The notes under the pieces: model-generated
What the model was told of the DNA's origin: nothing
The model's input: only the letters and a program-made list of their open reading frames with translations
Database searches by the model: none
Shown here: piece after piece, positions 58,639-64,000 of the stretch
How positions within the stretch are numbered: the stretch's first letter is position 1
How the letters are laid out: every line of letters begins with the position of its first letter
Program-made: the position numbers and the translations under genes
Source: Dudresnaya verticillata
Lineage: Eukaryota
DNA length: 64,000 nucleotides
Direction of reading: 5' to 3'
Assembly (NCBI GenBank): GCA_977862235.1
Contig: OZ374561.1
Span: forward strand, 248,001-312,000

Positions 58639-59721
58639 ATGCTCATCGGCTTGTGCGGACCGAGTTGCGCTGGCAAGGGAACAGTTGTGCAGTACCTGAC
58701 GACTGAACTGGGCTTCACATGGCTTGAAGGACCCGAGACGGAAGATGTACGTGTGGGAGCAGAAAAGAGAGATGCGAGTACAGGCTCTGGCTTCGCATAT
58801 CTGAAATCTCAATCCTGGGAGGCTAGCATCAATGTAGTCATGGATGTAGGATCCCACCATCTAGAGCTGCATGACCTTCTTAAGCGACCCTACTTTTTGC
58901 TTGTTTATGTTGATGCACCGGTGCTTATTCGCTACAGTAGGGCAGTGAGACTGGGAAGATTCGGACCCGGGGGTTTAGGGCCGTTTATTCAGAAGTACGA
59001 TAATGAGCGATACTCAATCAGTGGAAAGCAGGGTTCCCGTAAGACACTGAACGGTACTCTCTCCCCGGAGGAACAGAATGGGGCAATTGGGAACGGGGAA
59101 CCAACCAGTACGTACACATTGTCAGATCTGGAGAGCATGTCTCGACTCCGCATAGTGAACAATTTCAAGGAATTGGAAGCCTTTCGCGCATATCTTCGAG
59201 GCGTCAACTTTACGGCTTCTGAGCGTCTCCGACCTAGTTGGGATACATACTTCATGTCGCTTGCAAAGTTAGCGGCTGAACGAACGAACTGCATGAAGAG
59301 GCGCGTTGGCTGCGTTATTGCTCGAAACAAACGAATCGTTGCGACGGGGTATAATGGCACGCCATCCGGTGTGAAGAATTGCTTCGAGGGTGGGTGCGGA
59401 AGATGCAATGGGACACAAAGCAAGCAAGGTGTGGGCCTTGACCTCTGTCTATGCCTGCATGCGGAAGAAAATGCGATAATAGAAGCAGGACGGGAACGTT
59501 GTGAGGGCAGCACTCTGTACACAAACTTGTTTCCATGCATTCTATGCTCGAAGAAGATTGTACAAGCTGGCGTCGCTCGCGTCGTCTTCGACAGTCATTA
59601 CGCATCTGATGATGCGGCACAGTCGCTGCTAAAGGCGGGCAGTGTTGTTGTTGATTCCTTCGAACGGGAAGATGTCTCTCGATCCCTCGGGAGCCTTGTT
59701 TCGCATGGCAGCAGGAGATAA
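58639..59721 (+). CDS. dCMP deaminase with N-terminal P-loop nucleotide-kinase-like domain
   Basis: RPSWDTYFM, NCMKRRVGC, TGYNGTP, CLHAEENA, PCILC motifs; N-terminal IGLCGPSCAGKGTV. Confidence 0.93.
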   Translation: MLIGLCGPSCAGKGTVVQYLTTELGFTWLEGPETEDVRVGAEKRDASTGSGFAYLKSQSWEASINVVMDVGSHHLELHDLLKRPYFLLVYVDAPVLIRYSRAVRLGRFGPGGLGPFIQKYDNERYSISGKQGSRKTLNGTLSPEEQNGAIGNGEPTSTYTLSDLESMSRLRIVNNFKELEAFRAYLRGVNFTASERLRPSWDTYFMSLAKLAAERTNCMKRRVGCVIARNKRIVATGYNGTPSGVKNCFEGGCGRCNGTQSKQGVGLDLCLCLHAEENAIIEAGRERCEGSTLYTNLFPCILCSKKIVQAGVARVVFDSHYASDDAAQSLLKAGSVVVDSFEREDVSRSLGSLVSHGSRR

Positions 59722-59769
59722 AAGTAAACAATTGGAGCAACTCTGATGAGTGCAGGAGCATAAACTGAA

Positions 59770-60111
59770 CTAGAACCAGTTGCCTTTTCGTGATATCCGT
59801 ATCTTCTCAAGAAGAATTCTGCCTTCCTTGTACTTCTGACTGTCCTCCTTTGCTTCGAGATAAACCCACCCAAGGAGGGTGCAGCACACGGTACATTGAA
59901 CGTCGGCCACTAGATGCACTCCGGAGATGAGCACCCTGTTTTCAACTGGACCCCTGAAAATGTTAATCGCCTTCTCGAACAGAAAGGCTCTTCCCAAACG
60001 TCCCTGGAAGCTCTTTGAGATGACATGTTCTTCATCTGCAAGGTGGGCATCACAACCGGAACATGTATACACACGGGCAGAATCCAAATACTTCAAAAAG
60101 ACGCGTCCCAT
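59770..60111 (-). CDS. Yippee-like zinc-binding protein
   Basis: MGRVF..YL..YTCSGC..HL..ISKSFQGR.GRAFLF..GVH.VAD..C..C...LGW.Y..A....QKYKEG. Confidence 0.95.
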   Translation of the reverse strand: MGRVFLKYLDSARVYTCSGCDAHLADEEHVISKSFQGRLGRAFLFEKAINIFRGPVENRVLISGVHLVADVQCTVCCTLLGWVYLEAKEDSQKYKEGRILLEKIRISRKGNWF

Positions 60112-60651
60112 GGCGCACGGTCTTGCTGCACGTGAGCTGCTGAACTCGCAACAATGTACGGCGTCTGCCTCTTGAACCAGAGTGAGAACTAAGTCGTCGT
60201 CACAAGCCAGACAAATGAGGGAAGGCTGTTTAATGCTACGATGTTGTTAATGCTGCCCCACTGCAAAACGTTTGTCAGACAATGGCGATGCGTACTTCTT
60301 CTAAGACGGGGCGAGGAGACAATTCATCTCGGTTAGCGTCTGGTCTCATGCATCTCGCTTGTTACAGAGCACGAATACGGCCCGAGGGCCAAGTTCTTAG
60401 TCAGTATCGGAAATGCTTGACAGGAGCGGGGCGGATAATTGCCGCAACCACTTTAGCGATGCGGCCATACTCTCACCCAACGGGTCCTCTCAGTGCCAAC
60501 TGCTATATAACGTCATAACCAGCTGATACATGCGGATACGATCAAGCACACTAAATCGGGCCTAGCGGCTCCGATCTCGACAGTGTCAAAAAGCGCGTGC
60601 CCGCTGGGTCTTGCGAAAACGCAGGGTCGCGAAAGCGATCTGTATGTGTCG

Positions 60652-61011
60652 TTAGCGCGGGACAGGCGGGCGCATCTTCTTCTGCGTCCGGGCATTGGTA
60701 TGTGTTCGCTGGCCGCGAACGGGGAGGCGTTGGAGGTGGCGAATGCCGCGGTACGAGCGGATGCGGATGAGACGTTCGATGGCAGCCCGGTTCGTGGCGC
60801 GCAGATCGTTGCCCACAGTGTACTTCGCCTCCACGGCAGCATACAGCTGGCTTAGGTGGAATGGGCGTAGCTCTGATGCCTTTGTGAACGGCGTTGCGCC
60901 AATGGAGAAGCACAGGGCCTTCGCACGAGTGCAGCCGATCCCGTAGACTTCTGTGAGGGCCACCCACAGGTTCTTCGCACCTGGAAGCGTTGCGCCCAGC
61001 AGACGAGACAT
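60652..61011 (-). CDS. rps13: Bacterial-type ribosomal protein S13 (uS13), probably nucleus-encoded mitochondrial
   Basis: ALTEVYGIG, I.RLI.I.SYRGIRH...LPVRGQRTHTNART; the ATG at 61011 corresponds to the bacterial N-terminus. Confidence 0.9.
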   Translation of the reverse strand: MSRLLGATLPGAKNLWVALTEVYGIGCTRAKALCFSIGATPFTKASELRPFHLSQLYAAVEAKYTVGNDLRATNRAAIERLIRIRSYRGIRHLQRLPVRGQRTHTNARTQKKMRPPVPR

Positions 61012-61793
61012 GGTGTGGTATGAATGTCGGCAGCGTACGACGAGATGACGAGTCGAGTGGTTCTTTCGCAGTGGTGCGGGGGGGTTGTGGACTAGCAGCT
61101 CGGCAATTCGGGGTCGAAGTCGATGGAGTGGGCAGTGATAAAATCGATCGAACTTTCCTCGACTGTAAGACAACCAATGTCTGTAAGGAGCTCGGCGAAG
61201 AAACGACTTCATCAGCCAGTGGTGCGTGTCCAAATGTGGCGCCTGAGTATATCCTAACTCACATGAAATCTGGATCAACCAATCCGCTTCGATTTTAGAA
61301 TTTAAGTTCCATTTAGCACGTATCTATTGGTCAAACAATCAAACTTGGAAGTTATTTTTGTAAGCTACCACCCAATCAGCGCCCTAAATATCAGGGGGTA
61401 CATCCCCCGTTCTGAGCTTCGTTTGCAGTGACCTACTTTGACCATCGCGACCGTCCTTCTTACTTGCAAAGCTGCTGTTCCTTCCACTCGCCCCGGAAGG
61501 ATTCATCACCGCCCTTCGAACAGCATGCGTGTGCGCATTGTATCGTTGCTGTATCAGCAAGGTGACCCGTAACCATTCGAACGGCTTCCACGTCTAGCGA
61601 GGCTCGCAGGAAAACATTCATCTCAGATAAGGCCTTCTGGAACTGCCCTTCTGGAACTTGTCTAGTACTGACTCTTGAATAGGTATTTCAGAAGGCCCAC
61701 GGCACTGCAACCACGTTTTCAATCGGCTGATCTCGCGTTTGCAACATCACTCCCTCCCAGAGAAAGTCCCACGAACAAGGCCTCCAGTTCGCC

Positions 61794-62942
61794 ATGACCT
61801 CGTACACCGACAAAGGAATCAAGCCAGATAAGGGCGAGTTCCTCTCCGTCGACCACATTCACTTCTGGGTTGGGAACGCGTACCAAGCCGCGGCGTACTA
61901 CATCTCGCGCTTCGGTTTCCAACCGTTCGCGTACCGAGGCCTGGAGACCGGGTCGCGCTCTGTCATGACCCAGGTCGTGCGTCAGAATGCCATTACTTTC
62001 GCTTTCTCGTCCTCCATCGAGCCGAGAGAGCGCAAAATCAGCGAGCACGTTCTACGGCACGGTGATGGTGTCAAAGATGTAGCTTTCCGTGTTGACGACT
62101 GCGCGGCTGTGTACGAGCGGGCTGTCGCGGCAGGCGCTGTACCGGTTTCGAAGCCCAAGGTTCACGAAGGGGATGAAGGGGTGTGTGTTATCGCTACCAT
62201 TGAGGCGGCGTACAAAGACACTTGGCATACATTCATCGAACGCAGGCGCTATCGCGGCACGTTCCTGCCGGGCTTTGCGCCGGTGACTGATGAGGACCCG
62301 CAGCTAAGTCTTGTGGAACCTACTAATTTGCGATTTGTGGATCACTGTGTCGCTAACCAGCCTGATGGGCAGATGGAAAATGTCGTTCAGTGGTATGTTG
62401 ACAAGCTGGCGTTTCATAGATTCTGGAGTGTTGATGACAAGCAGCTGCATACAGAGTACAGCTCTCTGCGCAGCATTGTCGTAGCAGACTTCCATGAGCG
62501 CGTCAAGATGCCTATCAATGAGCCAGCTTCAGGGTTGAGAAAATCTCAGATTCAAGAGTTTGTTGAATACTACGATGGGCCGGGCATTCAGCATATCGCG
62601 TTGAATACAGCGGATATCATCACTTCTGTATCGAGGTTGCGACAGCGCGGAGTTTCTTTCATCCGTGTTCCGGACACATATTACGAAGACCTTCGAAACA
62701 GACTGAAGGGGAGTGCTACAAAGGTAGCGGAAGACCTGAAGAGATTGCAATCTCTGGGAATTCTTGTTGATTTCGATGAAGGTGGGTACCTGCTGCAAAT
62801 CTTCACGAAGCCAGTCCAAGATCGGCCTACTCTGTTTATTGAAATCATTCAGAGAAGGTCGCATGAGGGGTTCGGGGTTGGTAACTTCAAGAGCCTTTTC
62901 GAGGCAATAGAAAGAGAGCAGGCGTTGCGTGGAAATTTATGA
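61794..62942 (+). CDS. HPD: 4-hydroxyphenylpyruvate dioxygenase
   Basis: DHIHFWVGNA, HGDGVKDVAF, DHCVANQP, KSQIQEF, GPGIQHIAL, LLQIFTKP.QDRPTLFIEIIQR, GFGVGNFKSLFEAIE. Confidence 0.97.
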   Translation: MTSYTDKGIKPDKGEFLSVDHIHFWVGNAYQAAAYYISRFGFQPFAYRGLETGSRSVMTQVVRQNAITFAFSSSIEPRERKISEHVLRHGDGVKDVAFRVDDCAAVYERAVAAGAVPVSKPKVHEGDEGVCVIATIEAAYKDTWHTFIERRRYRGTFLPGFAPVTDEDPQLSLVEPTNLRFVDHCVANQPDGQMENVVQWYVDKLAFHRFWSVDDKQLHTEYSSLRSIVVADFHERVKMPINEPASGLRKSQIQEFVEYYDGPGIQHIALNTADIITSVSRLRQRGVSFIRVPDTYYEDLRNRLKGSATKVAEDLKRLQSLGILVDFDEGGYLLQIFTKPVQDRPTLFIEIIQRRSHEGFGVGNFKSLFEAIEREQALRGNL

Positions 62943-63426
62943 GCAAAACTCATATGGAAAGTGGACAGAGATCTCTCCTCTGCGGGCTGCTCTTGCGAGC
63001 ATGATTCAGAAACGGGACTAAACATTTGATATGAAGCAAGGCTGTTCCCAACCATCTCGCGAAACAGAGCGTTGCACGCTTGCGATATGAATCATACAGT
63101 TGTCGTTTATCACTGGCGAGCCACCATGATGCCACCAGCCCGATTGCATTGCTGGAGCGGTGTAGTGTTGCAGGCTTGATATCAAGCCATCAATAGCTGC
63201 TTTGTGTATTGTAGTTTGCTAATTATGCTGATGAGGGGATTGCTTGCAGTTGGTGATCAATAGATGGCCGTTACGCCTATTTGTTTGACAGCCATCTCCG
63301 TGGCACGTGTGAAACTGCAAGAGCCAGTCGGTCATGGAGCAGCTGATGCAGCTGTTGTGCAGGCTGCGAGATTAAGGTACCACCGGAAGGATGATCGACT
63401 TGTTATGAATAGCATGGCAGACTGTT

Positions 63427-64000
63427 CTACAGAATTAGCCACTGTTCCGGGACACCTCGCTCATGCCGCGCATATCCATCAACATGGCACCTGTGGCCGA
63501 CGCCTCGCTCATGTTGCCCATACCCATCAGCATGGCACCTGTCAACCTCAACGTCAGTGTCGCCGCTGGGCTGGACGAATCCCCCACGAGGCTGGCCATG
63601 GTCCTGCTCGGCGCATCCACCCACAAGCACGTAGCGTTTGCAACTCATGCTACTGCGCGCCTCTCCATCGGGCTCGGTGTCTCCCTCCTGGCTACTAACG
63701 CTCTCCATACCAAAATCCTCGATATCGGCTTCCTTATTTCGACCACCCGCCTTCTGCAATGAATTGCGCAAAGAGCGTCCAGCAAACCAAGAATGGTCTT
63801 TGACCATTTCCAAATCCCATCGCGTCTTCGGGTCTTTGACTAGCAGCTTGGCAAGCAAGTCTATCACTTCTTCAGACAAGTGTGCTGGATACTTCGGACG
63901 ACACTCGCTGACTTTTCGTAGCACCTCACGTTCACATGGGTCGTTGAAGGGCTGACCGCCAACGACTAGTACGAACAAGATCACTCCGACGGAAAATGCG
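63427..64000 (-). CDS. Ser/Thr protein kinase, CAMK/AMPK-like, C-terminal part (5' end outside window)
   Basis: Subdomains IX-XI: AFSVGVILFVLVVGGQPF..YPAHLSEEVIDLLAKLLVKDPKTR..HSWF. Confidence 0.85.
   Translation of the reverse strand, partial: AFSVGVILFVLVVGGQPFNDPCEREVLRKVSECRPKYPAHLSEEVIDLLAKLLVKDPKTRWDLEMVKDHSWFAGRSLRNSLQKAGGRNKEADIEDFGMESVSSQEGDTEPDGEARSSMSCKRYVLVGGCAEQDHGQPRGGFVQPSGDTDVEVDRCHADGYGQHERGVGHRCHVDGYARHERGVPEQWLIL

Overview
Eukaryotic nuclear DNA, most consistent with a gene-dense, intron-poor red alga (inference from mostly single-exon genes, three short GTAYGT..AG introns, 'M(A)PAF' plastid transit-peptide starts and an LHC-motif protein). The window has three compartments. 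(i) 1-32 kb is gene-dense with sharp ~85-90% GC islands. It holds a Gfo/Idh/MocA oxidoreductase, RS-rich protein, SSAT-like GNAT, GT92-like glycosyltransferase, tRNA-Arg(ACG), an acyltransferase-3/egghead-type GT2 fusion, a small plastid repeat protein, an LHC-like protein, two hypothetical proteins, a phosphate carrier, SDR, BT1 transporter, SEC13 and an LRR protein. (ii) ~32.6-50.5 kb is a lower-GC, apparently decayed block with one intact FG-GAP/ASPIC-UnbV gene. (iii) 51-64 kb holds a bZIP factor, dCMP deaminase, Yippee, mitochondrial-type S13, HPPD and a partial Ser/Thr kinase. The best candidate for something undescribed is the AT3-egghead fusion lying head-to-head with a GT92-like gene, a possible glycan synthesis/acylation module. 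All family calls come from motif recognition by eye; no database searches were run.
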